Notes: generated from the letters alone by a model not told the origin. DNA of 64,000 nt from Thermoplasmata archaeon (GCA_039794005.1 JBAMMA010000019.1:12462-76461), one strand, 5' to 3'; positions 40,915-51,312 are shown, numbered from the stretch's first letter. A program made the numbers and translations.

Positions 40915-41980
40915 GATTTTTAAATCATTTGTTTTAATTTAAAAATTTTATGGTATACTCCGTATTGTTAAATACCTTTTTTATTAAATTTTAATTCTTT
41001 ATATATATAATTAAAATTATAGTAATAAAAATGATCTAAAATTATACATCTTTTGTGAATATAGAAAAAAATAAAAGGATTTGTAAAAATACAACGATTT
41101 TTTTGGTAAATAGGGTTTTTATATTAAATAAATTGATGTTTTTTAATATAGAGAAAAATCTTGATCATGAAATGAAAATATAGGAAAACCATCTTAATAT
41201 TCATAAAGTTATTCAAATTTATTAAAAAGTTAGGAAAATAGGTATTTTCCATTCAGAAAGTTTGAATTGTTCGTTAATATACTATAAAAAATAATAGTCA
41301 ACTTCATGCCTATTACATATGTTTAAATTTTAAAAGGAGTAAGAGCACTTTTCATATTAAATGGTGAAAAATAAACAGGAATGTAAAAATGATTTTCGAT
41401 ATTAATGAAAAATTAAACTTTAAAATCTTTGAAATATAATATTTACATAAAAATTCAATTAATATTAATTTTTCATTATATATTAAGCACAAATAGAAAT
41501 TACTATAATTTAATAATGTCTTTAAAATAAAAATTTCAAACCATTAAGTTACAAATTATCGACTTCAAGGCAAATAATGTTCATAAATTTTGTTTTAAAC
41601 ATTCTTAATAAAATGATTGAAAAAATTTTTTGTTAACAATGGAAATAATCTAATTTAAAATATGCATGTGAAAGGTAAAATTGATCATTTAACTATCTAT
41701 TCTTGTTTTAAAGTAAACAATTCCTCAGCTCTATATATTTCCTCTATTAATTTTAATTATAAAAACATAGGTTTTGTAATGTTTATCATTTCTTGTATTG
41801 TTTAGTGTAATTTATCTGAAATAAGAAAATCATGAATTACTAAATTCATCCTTTGAATAATAATCTTTTACAGCGAAATTCACCTTTCAAATGTTTTCTT
41901 AAAATTGTATTCAATTTCCAAAAGCGATTTTTTAAAAATCTATTAAGTTAAAGATTTTAAAAATCATAGGAATCGTATTT

Positions 41981-42979
41981 TCAAATATTATTTTTGAATA
42001 ACAGCATTGCATCACCAAAACTGAAAAATCTATATTTATTTTCAACTGCCACTTTATATGCATTCATAGTTCTCTCATAACCACCAAATGCTGTCACGAG
42101 CATAATAAGACTTGATTTAGGCATGTGAAAATTGGTAATTATTGCATCTATACCACTTTGGAATTTATGACCTTCCATAATAAATAAATTTGTTTTAAAT
42201 GTTCCCGGAAATACGATATTGTCTTTTGAAGAAGATTCCAATGCCCTGACAACGGTTGTTCCTACTGCAAATAATCGTCCCTTCCTACTGTTTATTTTTT
42301 CAGCTGTTTCTTCAGGAATATGATAATATTCTTCGTGTAACGTCTTATTTACAATTTCTTCATATTCTAAATGTTTGAAAGTTGAGTATGATATATGCAA
42401 TGTTAAATATTGAATATCCACACCTTTTTCTTTTATCTTTTTCAGTAATTCCTCAGTAAAATGTAAACCGGCAGTTGGTGCTGCTACAGAACCTTCTATA
42501 GCTGAGTAAACTGTTTGATACATCTCTGGATTTTTTATGTCTTTTTTAATATATGGAGGTGTAGGAATCCTCCCATATTTTTCTATAATCTTTTCAATAT
42601 CGATACCAAAATCTACTTTTGCTATTCCTCCATTTTTTTCTAAAATTTTACCCTTGAATTCGTTTATTTCAATTGTAGTCCCCTCTTTTACATTTTTTCC
42701 TTTAACTAGAAAAACAGGATATTCTTTCTTTTCGATTAAAAGTAATTCCACCTTACCACCCGTGGATTTTTTACCAAATAATCTTGCTTTAATTACCTTT
42801 GAATTGTTTAATACCAATACATCCCCTTTCTCCATGTAGTTTATTATATCTTTGAATATTCTATGCTCAATATCATTACCTTTTAATACCATTAATTTAC
42901 ATTCATCTCTGGGATATACAGGTTCCTGTGCAATTAACTCCTTTGGAACGGAAAAATAATATTTTTCCAAAATATCCAT
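41981..42979 (-). CDS. queA: S-adenosylmethionine:tRNA ribosyltransferase-isomerase QueA
   Basis: P.ELIAQEP..PRD...LMV, GDVLVLNNSKVIKARL.G.K.TGG.VE, P.PPYI, YQTVY....GSVAAPTAGLHFT, AVGTTVVRALES, ITNFH.PKSSL, YRFFSFGDAML. Confidence 0.95.
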   Translation of the reverse strand: MDILEKYYFSVPKELIAQEPVYPRDECKLMVLKGNDIEHRIFKDIINYMEKGDVLVLNNSKVIKARLFGKKSTGGKVELLLIEKKEYPVFLVKGKNVKEGTTIEINEFKGKILEKNGGIAKVDFGIDIEKIIEKYGRIPTPPYIKKDIKNPEMYQTVYSAIEGSVAAPTAGLHFTEELLKKIKEKGVDIQYLTLHISYSTFKHLEYEEIVNKTLHEEYYHIPEETAEKINSRKGRLFAVGTTVVRALESSSKDNIVFPGTFKTNLFIMEGHKFQSGIDAIITNFHMPKSSLIMLVTAFGGYERTMNAYKVAVENKYRFFSFGDAMLLFKNNI

Positions 42980-43017
42980 GTAAAAAATTTAATATTTAGT
43001 TTATTTTAAATTTTTGG

Positions 43018-43995
43018 ATGGAATTCAAAAAAGTAAAAGATTTGAAAATATCCGTTTTAGGACAGGGAACCTGGCAAGGTTCAATGAAAGGTTGGGGGAA
43101 AGATTATTCTGAAAAGGATTTCATAGAAAGTGTTAAAAAATCAATTGAATTGGGCGTAAATTTCTTTGATACAGCAGAAATATATGGTAATGGATATTCA
43201 GAAAAATTGCTAGGTAAAGCAATATCAGGATACAACAGGGAAGATTTAATAATAGCAACTAAATTGGCCCCATTTAATATTGAAAATTGGGAAAAACATT
43301 TGGATAGAAGCCTAAAAAATTTAAATACCAAATATATAGATATATATCAATTACATTGGCCTACTCCTTTTTATATCAATTTTAACAAATATTTAAAGGA
43401 AATGGAAAACGCAATCAAAAATGGTAAAATTAGATATATTGGAGTTAGCAATTTTTATTTAAAAGACATAGAAAAATTGGAAGTCGATATTATATCAAAC
43501 CAGATAAAATACAACATTTTAAAAAAGCAACTAAATGATAATGAAATTGAGATTTTAAATAAAAAGAATATTTTAGTTATTGGATATTCTCCGTTGGAGA
43601 TGGGATTACTTTCAGGCAAATATAATATTAATGAAAAACCAAAGGGATATCTGAGAAAGAGAATTCCATACCTAAAAGGTGAAAATTTCAGAAAATTTAA
43701 TGAAATTTTGACATTTTTAAAAGATCTTTCAAATAAATATGATTATTCTTTGACTCAAATATCATTAAAATATTGCATATTGAAAAATGTTGTACCTATT
43801 TATGGAAGTAAAAACGGTAAACAGTCTGAAGATAATGCACTTTCAATAAATGTACCGTTAAAGCCTGAAGATGTTAATAAAATAGATGAACTTGTATATT
43901 CTATGCATTTAAAGAATCTAGATGAAGATTGGTCTAAATTAGCAAGAAATTTGCCTTTATTTATTCAAAAATTGACTTTGAAATATTTTATTTAA
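43018..43995 (+). CDS. Aldo/keto reductase
   Basis: LGQGTW, FDTAEIYG.G.SE, IATK, YQLHWP, IGVSNF, YSPL. Confidence 0.92.
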   Translation: MEFKKVKDLKISVLGQGTWQGSMKGWGKDYSEKDFIESVKKSIELGVNFFDTAEIYGNGYSEKLLGKAISGYNREDLIIATKLAPFNIENWEKHLDRSLKNLNTKYIDIYQLHWPTPFYINFNKYLKEMENAIKNGKIRYIGVSNFYLKDIEKLEVDIISNQIKYNILKKQLNDNEIEILNKKNILVIGYSPLEMGLLSGKYNINEKPKGYLRKRIPYLKGENFRKFNEILTFLKDLSNKYDYSLTQISLKYCILKNVVPIYGSKNGKQSEDNALSINVPLKPEDVNKIDELVYSMHLKNLDEDWSKLARNLPLFIQKLTLKYFI

Positions 43996-44117
43996 TTCTC
44001 TATCTCATGGGATTTAGATTTTAATTTTAAAAAAATATATGATTATATATATTCTATATATCTGAAATAAAAAATTTTTAAATAAAATGGGATGATAACT
44101 AAATTGGTGTTTTTAGA

Positions 44118-44678
44118 ATGTTTGAAATTAGATTCCATGGAAGGGGAGGACAAGGAGCTGTTATAGCTTCTGAAATTCTTGCTACTGCAGCTTTTCTCGA
44201 GGGAAAATATGTTTCATCATTCCCATATTTTGGTGTAGAAAGAAGAGGTGCACCAGTTACAGCATTTACAAGAATAGACACAAAACCTATAAGGGCAAAG
44301 TACCAGATTTATAACCCAGACCATGTAGTCGTTCTGGATCATTCTTTAATGAAACTTGTAAATGTTACGAGTGGATTAAAAAAGGATGGATTGATCTTAA
44401 TAAACACCATAAAAGATCCATCATCGTTTAAAAATTTAAACATAAAATATTTGGCAACTGTAAACGCTTCTGAAATTGCATTAAACCATAGCCTTGGTTC
44501 CCATTCTGCACCTATTGTTAATACTGCGATATTAGGAGCGTACGCGAAAACCAGTGGACTGGTAAAAATAGATTCCATTAAAAAAGCTATCGAGGAAAAT
44601 TTGAGTGGATTTATAGATGAAAATAAGGCCGCTGCTCAGGAGGCTTATGAAATGGTGAGGGTGATTACAAATGAATGA
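44118..44678 (+). CDS. porG: Pyruvate/2-ketoisovalerate:ferredoxin oxidoreductase gamma subunit
   Basis: [22 protein letters not shown]. Confidence 0.92.
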   Translation: MFEIRFHGRGGQGAVIASEILATAAFLEGKYVSSFPYFGVERRGAPVTAFTRIDTKPIRAKYQIYNPDHVVVLDHSLMKLVNVTSGLKKDGLILINTIKDPSSFKNLNIKYLATVNASEIALNHSLGSHSAPIVNTAILGAYAKTSGLVKIDSIKKAIEENLSGFIDENKAAAQEAYEMVRVITNE

Positions 44679-44985
44679 TGATTTTCCAACACCAATAACC
44701 ACAAAACCGAGTACTTTTAATAAGACTGGAACGTGGAGAACTTTTAGGCCTGTAATATATTATGATAAATGTATTAGATGCATGATTTGCTGGAAATTCT
44801 GCCCAGAACCTGCAATAATAATTGTAAATGCTGAAAAGTATACGGCACCCAGAGATGCAATAAAGAAACTGGATGCTCCTGAAATAAATTACGACTATTG
44901 TAAAGGGTGTGGCATATGCGCAAACGAATGTCCAACAAAGGCAATTGATATGGTATTTGAGGAATCATTGGAGGAGAGAGAATGA
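44671..44985 (+). CDS. porD: 2-oxoacid:ferredoxin oxidoreductase delta subunit
   Basis: [31 protein letters not shown]. Confidence 0.92.
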   Translation: MNDDFPTPITTKPSTFNKTGTWRTFRPVIYYDKCIRCMICWKFCPEPAIIIVNAEKYTAPRDAIKKLDAPEINYDYCKGCGICANECPTKAIDMVFEESLEERE

Positions 44986-46163
44986 AGTTGATGTTAACCG
45001 GAAATTATGCCGCAGCTTATGGAGCCAAATTATCAGATGTAAAAGTCGTGGCAGCATATCCAATAACTCCTCAAACTACAATTATTGAAAAGATTGCAGA
45101 GATGATAGCAAATGGCGAATTTTCAGGAAAATATATAAGGGTAGAAAGTGAACATTCGGCTATGGCTGCATGTATTGCAGCTGAGAATACAGGAGTTCGA
45201 ACATTTACAGCCACATCATCACACGGTTTAGCATTGATGCATGAATTGCTACATTGGGCTTCTGGGGCAAGATTGCCGATAGTTATGAGTGTTGTCAACA
45301 GGGCATTAGGCCCACCCTGGTCAATATGGAGCGATCAACAAGACACAATTTCCCAAAGGGATACAGGCTGGATGCAGATATACACTGAAAATAATCAAGA
45401 AGTTTTAGATAGCATTATCATGGCATACAAAGTTGCGGAAAATGAAAATGTATTGTTACCCATGATGGTTATTGAGGATGCCTTCATATTGTCTCATACA
45501 ATGGAACCTGTTGATATCCCAGACCAAAAAGATGTTGATGATTTCTTACCAGATTATAATCCCAAATACTATTTAGATACTAAAAATCCAATGGGTTTTG
45601 GTTCATTAATAATGCCCGAAGGTCCATTCCAAGAATTTAAATACAAAGGATATAAGGCCATGAAAAATGCAATTGATATAATAAATACCGTTGATAAAGA
45701 ATTCGGCAAAAAATTCGGAAGAAGTTATGGTGGAGTAGTTGAAAGATATAGAATGGATGATGCGAATTTTGCCTTGGTAATAATGGGTTCAATTGCATCT
45801 ACTGCAAAGGATGTTGTTGATAAATTAAGGGATGAAGGATTAAATGTTGGTCTTTTAAGGATAAGATCATTTAGACCCTTCCCAGCAGATATAATAAAGG
45901 AAACATTATCAAATCTAAAAGGAATTGGTGTGTTTGATAGATCATATACATTTGGAAATGGGGGAGCTTTATACAACGAGGTTAGAAATGCAATGTATGG
46001 CAGAAATATATTCATAAAGGGGTATGTTGGTGGATTAGGTGGCAGGGATATAACACCCAGCATTATTGAAAAGATATACATGGATATTATAGAAAATTAT
46101 GAAAAAGGAGCTGACGGAGGATATGAATGGGTAGGGTTGATTGGTGATAGGAGGTGGGAATAA
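44982..46163 (+). CDS. porA: 2-oxoacid:ferredoxin oxidoreductase alpha subunit
   Basis: AYPITPQT, VESEHSA, TATSS.GL.LM.E, NRA, FRPFP, GGRD. Confidence 0.93.
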   Translation: MKLMLTGNYAAAYGAKLSDVKVVAAYPITPQTTIIEKIAEMIANGEFSGKYIRVESEHSAMAACIAAENTGVRTFTATSSHGLALMHELLHWASGARLPIVMSVVNRALGPPWSIWSDQQDTISQRDTGWMQIYTENNQEVLDSIIMAYKVAENENVLLPMMVIEDAFILSHTMEPVDIPDQKDVDDFLPDYNPKYYLDTKNPMGFGSLIMPEGPFQEFKYKGYKAMKNAIDIINTVDKEFGKKFGRSYGGVVERYRMDDANFALVIMGSIASTAKDVVDKLRDEGLNVGLLRIRSFRPFPADIIKETLSNLKGIGVFDRSYTFGNGGALYNEVRNAMYGRNIFIKGYVGGLGGRDITPSIIEKIYMDIIENYEKGADGGYEWVGLIGDRRWE

Positions 46164-47075
46164 ATGAAAAATTTAACTATTCCTGAAGAAGAATATATAT
46201 TTCCTGGCCATACCGCATGTTTAGGTTGTGGTGCAACAATAGCAATGAGATATACCTTAAAAGCATTAGGTAAAGATACGATTATAACAATACCCGCAGG
46301 ATGCTGGGCAGTTATCCCGGGGGTATATCCAAGCAGAACCCTTGACGTTCCTCTTTTATATACAGCATTTGAAGTTACTGGGGCTGCAATATCAGGGATT
46401 AGAGAGGCATTAAATGCTATCGGAAAGGATAATGTTAATGTTGTAGGATTTGCGGGGGACGGCGGGACGGCAGATATTGGGATACAAAGCTTAAGTGGTG
46501 CAGTAGAAAGAAATGAGAATGTATTCTATATAATGTACGACAACGAAGCATATATGAATACGGGTATACAAAGATCATCATCAACGCCAAAGGGTGCATG
46601 GACAACGACTACACAGGTTGGAAAGATCAGGGATTGGAAAAAAGAAAAAAAGAAAAATTTAGTTGAAATTATGGTTGCACATAACATTCCCTATGCTGCA
46701 ACAGCTTCTATTGCATTTCCAGAGGATTATATTAATAAATTGAACAAAGCCAAAAATATCAAAGGACCGAAATTCTTCCATGTATATGCTACTTGTCCAA
46801 CTGGTTGGAGGATTTCACCTGCAAAAACAATTGAAATTGCAAGAATGGCAGTTGAATCAAATGTATTCCCACTTTATGAGGTGGATCATGGAATATACAA
46901 TATAACGTATAGGCCAAAGAAAACCGTTAGTGTAAAAGATTATTTAATGGCCCAGGGTAGATTTAGGCATTTAACTGATGAAGAAATTAAAGAAATAGAG
47001 AGGGAGGTTATGAATGATTGGAATTTATTACAGCAAAAGGAAAGCTTCACAAAATCCCTGAAAAAGGTGGAATAA
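46164..47075 (+). CDS. porB: 2-oxoacid:ferredoxin oxidoreductase beta subunit
   Basis: GH.AC.GCG, GDGGTADIG (TPP), DNEAYMNTGIQRS, CPTGW. Confidence 0.93.
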   Translation: MKNLTIPEEEYIFPGHTACLGCGATIAMRYTLKALGKDTIITIPAGCWAVIPGVYPSRTLDVPLLYTAFEVTGAAISGIREALNAIGKDNVNVVGFAGDGGTADIGIQSLSGAVERNENVFYIMYDNEAYMNTGIQRSSSTPKGAWTTTTQVGKIRDWKKEKKKNLVEIMVAHNIPYAATASIAFPEDYINKLNKAKNIKGPKFFHVYATCPTGWRISPAKTIEIARMAVESNVFPLYEVDHGIYNITYRPKKTVSVKDYLMAQGRFRHLTDEEIKEIEREVMNDWNLLQQKESFTKSLKKVE

Positions 47076-47076
47076 A

Positions 47077-48945
47077 ATGGGCAAATATGATGTAATTTTG
47101 GGTAATGAGGGTGAAAAACATTTTCTTTTGGGTAATGAGGCAATAGTGAGAGGTCTAATTGAAGCCGGTGTTGGTATAGCTACAACCTATCCCGGAACAC
47201 CTTCAAGTGAGATAGGGGATGTGTTGTCAAACATCGCAAAGGATATTGGTATATATTTTGAATATTCTACAAATGAAAAGGTAGCATTGGAAGTTGCCGC
47301 AGCCTCAGCTGCATCGGGTATTAGATCATTTGTTTTCATGAAGCATGTTGGTTTAAATGTTGCATCTGATGCTTTCATGTCAATATCATTTACAGGGACA
47401 AGGGCGGGTCTTGTAATAATGACGGGCGATGACCCTTCAATGTTTTCATCTCAAAATGAGCAGGACAACAGAAATTATGCAGAATTTGCATATGTACCAT
47501 TAATAGAACCATCAAACCCACAGGAAGCAAAAGATTTTTTGATATATGCATTTAATCTATCTGAAAAATACGAAAAACCTGTATTGTTTAGGACCACCAC
47601 AAGGGTAAGCCACCAAAGGGCGAATGTAATATATGGTAAAAAAAGGGAAATAACGAAAATAGGGAAATTTGAAAAAAATCCTGATAGATTCGTTTTGTTG
47701 CCATCAAATGCCTATAGGGCAAAAAATGAGGTAATTAAAAAATTGGAGGATTTAAAAAAGGAGTCTGAAATTTCACCCTTAAATGTTGAAATAAATAATA
47801 ATTCAGAATATGGAATAATAACAAGTGGCGCAACTTACAACTATATCATGGATGCCTTTAATATATTGAATATAAAATTGGATATATTAAAACTAGGATT
47901 TTCCTATCCACCCCCATATCAAAAAATTGAAAATTTTCTAAAAAAGCATAAAGAAATTTTAATAGCTGAGGAGGTGGACCCATTTATTGAAAAACATGTA
48001 AGAATAGTGGCACAAATGAAAAACATAAATGTACCAATACATGGTAAATTTGATGGATATGTCGAATTTAGCTATGAGCAAAATCCAGATAGAATTGTTA
48101 AATCAATATCAAAGTTGTTAAATATTGAATATAAGGAATCAAAAAATAACAATATTAATAATCTTCCACCTAGGCCTCCGGTACTATGTCCAGGATGTCC
48201 TCATAGGGCTACATTTTACGCTGTTAAACTCGTTACAAAGCAATTGAGAATGGGTGATGTTATATATCCAAGTGATATAGGTTGTTACACGCTTGGTATT
48301 CAACCCCCTTATAACGAGGCTGATTATCTATTGTGCATGGGATCTTCGGTTGGAACTGGAGGTGGCTTTTCAATATCAACAAAACAAAAGATAATATCTT
48401 TTATAGGGGATTCTACATTTTTCCATGCTGGGATTCCAGGTTTGATAAATGCAGTCCATAACAATCATAAATTTTTACTCATAATTTTGGATAATAGAAC
48501 AACTGCAATGACAGGACATCAGCCAAATCCAGGAGTTCCATTCAATGGAATGAGGGAGCCAGCTAAGGAGATAGATATTGAAACTCTCGTAAAGGCCATC
48601 GGAGTTGAATATGTTAAAACTGTGGATCCTTACGATTTGAAAAATACGATAATTGCAATAAGGGAAGCTCTTCAAAGAGATGGTTTATCAGTTATAATAT
48701 CCAAGAGGGAATGTGCCCTTTTAAGAGATGCAGAAATGATTAAGCTAGGCAAATGGGTAAGATATCAGGTAAATCAAGATAAATGTACAAAATGCATGAA
48801 TTGCATCCTTAATTATTCATGCCCGGCATTTTACCTTGATCCTGAAGGTAGGGTTATGATCGACCCTGTTTTATGCGATGGATGTGGTGTCTGTTCACTT
48901 CCCCAGGTATGTGGATTTAAGGCAATAGAGAAGGTGGAAGAATGA
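47077..48945 (+). CDS. iorA: Indolepyruvate:ferredoxin oxidoreductase alpha subunit
   Basis: LLGNEAI.RG, YPGTPSSE, NEKVA.E, KHVGLNVA.D, SQNEQD.R, LCPGCPHR, DIGCY, GDSTFFH, C-terminal ferredoxin. Confidence 0.95.
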   Translation: MGKYDVILGNEGEKHFLLGNEAIVRGLIEAGVGIATTYPGTPSSEIGDVLSNIAKDIGIYFEYSTNEKVALEVAAASAASGIRSFVFMKHVGLNVASDAFMSISFTGTRAGLVIMTGDDPSMFSSQNEQDNRNYAEFAYVPLIEPSNPQEAKDFLIYAFNLSEKYEKPVLFRTTTRVSHQRANVIYGKKREITKIGKFEKNPDRFVLLPSNAYRAKNEVIKKLEDLKKESEISPLNVEINNNSEYGIITSGATYNYIMDAFNILNIKLDILKLGFSYPPPYQKIENFLKKHKEILIAEEVDPFIEKHVRIVAQMKNINVPIHGKFDGYVEFSYEQNPDRIVKSISKLLNIEYKESKNNNINNLPPRPPVLCPGCPHRATFYAVKLVTKQLRMGDVIYPSDIGCYTLGIQPPYNEADYLLCMGSSVGTGGGFSISTKQKIISFIGDSTFFHAGIPGLINAVHNNHKFLLIILDNRTTAMTGHQPNPGVPFNGMREPAKEIDIETLVKAIGVEYVKTVDPYDLKNTIIAIREALQRDGLSVIISKRECALLRDAEMIKLGKWVRYQVNQDKCTKCMNCILNYSCPAFYLDPEGRVMIDPVLCDGCGVCSLPQVCGFKAIEKVEE

Positions 48946-49538
48946 AACCTATAAATGTAAAACTCGTAGGTGTTGGTGGCCAGGGCGTTGTTTCGGCAGG
49001 TATAATTTTAGGAGAGGCTGCATCAAAAAGGAATATAAACGTTGTTATGTCAGAGATTCATGGAATGGCTCAAAGGGGTGGAATAGTAAGTGTTGATATA
49101 AGGTTAGGAGAAGTATATGGTCCAATTTCTCCTGACAATGACATTGACATTTTAGTAGGTTTTGAAATCTTGGAAACTATTAGAGCTTTAAAATATACCA
49201 ATGAAAATACCTATATCATAATGAATAATGAAAAAATAGTACCATTTACATCAAACATTCTGAAAATAGGATATCCAAATGTTGAAGATTACATAAAAAA
49301 CAGAAAAAATTTTTTTGCAATTGATGCAGTTGAAATTGCAAAAAAGGCAGGGACCTATAAAGCTCTAAATATTGTAATGATAGGTGCGGTATCCGCTTTG
49401 AACATTTTACCCATAAAAAATGAAGATGTGGAAGAAGCAATTAAAAATGTTCTTCCTAAAAAATTCTGGGACGTAAACATAAATGCCTTCAGGTTGGGGG
49501 TAGAAACAATAAATAAACTCAGAGCAGCATATCTATAA
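48942..49538 (+). CDS. iorB: Indolepyruvate:ferredoxin oxidoreductase beta subunit
   Basis: GVGGQGV, EIHGMAQRGG.V, N..AF..G. Confidence 0.94.
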   Translation: MKPINVKLVGVGGQGVVSAGIILGEAASKRNINVVMSEIHGMAQRGGIVSVDIRLGEVYGPISPDNDIDILVGFEILETIRALKYTNENTYIIMNNEKIVPFTSNILKIGYPNVEDYIKNRKNFFAIDAVEIAKKAGTYKALNIVMIGAVSALNILPIKNEDVEEAIKNVLPKKFWDVNINAFRLGVETINKLRAAYL

Positions 49539-50487
49539 AACTTTCAATTCTCAACTTTGTTCTCTCATCCAATTTTCCTGGCCTATTACCCTCTATTGTT
49601 AAAACCTTTACATCCAACATTTCTTTCAATATTTCGTCAATTATTTGCCTGTGGCAAAAGCTCTGAACATAGTGTATAATTCCATCAATATTCCTTCTTT
49701 TGATTTCGTTTTTAATGTCATTAATTCTATCAAAAATTGTATAAGGATATGTATATTTCAAATATTTACCAATCCAATCTTCTTCTGGGAACGGCATCGA
49801 AAATTGTCTCTGTACTTCATTAAAAACAACGTGAACCTTTTTTGATTCAAGAAATTGATAAATGTCGGTGAATATCGGAGGAACTCCAACATATCCAATC
49901 CTAAGAACATGATCTATCTCATCCCTTTCTTTCGATTTTTCCAATAATTCCTTGGATAATTTCACATATTTTTCAATATCACCAAAAAAATCGCTTGAAC
50001 TAACGAGAAAGATATGGTTTTCGTATCCCGTTATTTTATTTTTTATTGTATAATAGTCAATATCCCAAGCTAATTTTCTAGCTTCTTCCACTTTCTTTAT
50101 TATTTTTTCCAATTCATTTCTATCTGCATTTAAATACTCCATCAATGAATTTATTTCCAACTCCAATTTTTTCCTTGACTTGTCAAAAGGATAGGAAAAT
50201 GGATAAACCATTTTACCCCTAAATGTTAAAAAATCCAATAGTGATTCTGTATTGCTACAATCTCCTCTCACTACACCTATGATAATATCTATATCATTCA
50301 TAATCGAAACTGTATATAGGCCTTTTATCCATGAGCATGTATTGTACGGAAATCCATCTATCTCAGCGAATTCTACCAATTTTTCAGGATCATCCTTTGT
50401 AATGAAAATGTTATTTAAATCAACTGGAATGTTATAAGATGCAAAAATTGGCTCAACTGGGATTGTGGTTGTTAAACCAACTCTCAT
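49519..50487 (-). CDS. 2-hydroxyacyl-CoA dehydratase D-component-like Fe-S protein
   Basis: VGLTTTIPVE, AE.DGFP.NTCSWIKG, GDCSN, YPF.YP, DGIIHYVQSFC.R, RIESF..ML; three Cys spaced as in HgdAB/HadBC-type subunits. Confidence 0.8.
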   Translation of the reverse strand: MRVGLTTTIPVEPIFASYNIPVDLNNIFITKDDPEKLVEFAEIDGFPYNTCSWIKGLYTVSIMNDIDIIIGVVRGDCSNTESLLDFLTFRGKMVYPFSYPFDKSRKKLELEINSLMEYLNADRNELEKIIKKVEEARKLAWDIDYYTIKNKITGYENHIFLVSSSDFFGDIEKYVKLSKELLEKSKERDEIDHVLRIGYVGVPPIFTDIYQFLESKKVHVVFNEVQRQFSMPFPEEDWIGKYLKYTYPYTIFDRINDIKNEIKRRNIDGIIHYVQSFCHRQIIDEILKEMLDVKVLTIEGNRPGKLDERTKLRIESFIDMLL

Positions 50488-50571
50488 TGTGAAAAATAAA
50501 AATTCAAAGAATTTTAAAATTTCGCTTTGTAAAATAAATATTTTATTTTTGAATCTCTATTAATTTTTGAT

Positions 50572-51312
50572 TTAATAAATAAAATAAATTTTATTTTTTC
50601 TAACTTTTTCTACATTTTTTTGAATTATATTGCCATTTTTATCTAAAAATCCCATCTCATAAGCAACTGTAGAAGACATTATGGCCAAATTATTATTTAT
50701 CTCATATTTATATATTGGATAATAATTTGTTTTTTCAATATCATCATAATAATTTGAAAAATAACAGATTACTCTTTTATTGTCATATGTTCTAATCAAA
50801 CAGAATAAATTTAACATATTTGAAAGTGAATTTGAAATTATAAAATCAATACCATTTTTAATTCTTTCATAATAATTTCCATCTAATTTTTCAAGCATCA
50901 TTGAAAAAACTTCCGAATCCGTTCTATTTTCAAAATCTATATTAAATTTTTTACCTATAAAATCCTTTTTAATTGAACCATTATGGGCCATGTATATAAT
51001 TTCATTTTCACCATGTATTAAAAATGGATGAGAATTTAAAGGAGTTAATTTAGGCTCTTGTGGAGATGCAAGTCTTGCATGCAAAATACCATATGAATAT
51101 TCATTCTTTAAATAATTTTTAAAATCTTCTTCATAGATGGGATTCTTTGATTTATAGAATATTTCATAATTTTCATATGAAAATACAATTCCCCATCCAT
51201 CTTTATGTGATTTAAAATTGTTAAAAATATCACTCTTAGAAGCCCTTTTCAAAGCTTCTATCAAATTTAAGACGAAATCATCATTTCCTTTGAATAAAAT
51301 CATCCTGCACAT
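50572..51312 (-). CDS. Class II (Ntn) glutamine amidotransferase domain protein (YafJ/EgtC-like)
   Basis: N-terminal MCRM, H.DGWG, HARLAS, NSHPF, AHNG, TDSE. Confidence 0.88.
   Translation of the reverse strand: MCRMILFKGNDDFVLNLIEALKRASKSDIFNNFKSHKDGWGIVFSYENYEIFYKSKNPIYEEDFKNYLKNEYSYGILHARLASPQEPKLTPLNSHPFLIHGENEIIYMAHNGSIKKDFIGKKFNIDFENRTDSEVFSMMLEKLDGNYYERIKNGIDFIISNSLSNMLNLFCLIRTYDNKRVICYFSNYYDDIEKTNYYPIYKYEINNNLAIMSSTVAYEMGFLDKNGNIIQKNVEKVRKNKIYFIY

Noticed and set aside
40915-41980. CRISPR array or a firm oriC call in the AT-rich gap
   Set aside because: No regularly spaced repeats, no recognisable ORB with a G-string, and no adjacent cas or cdc6
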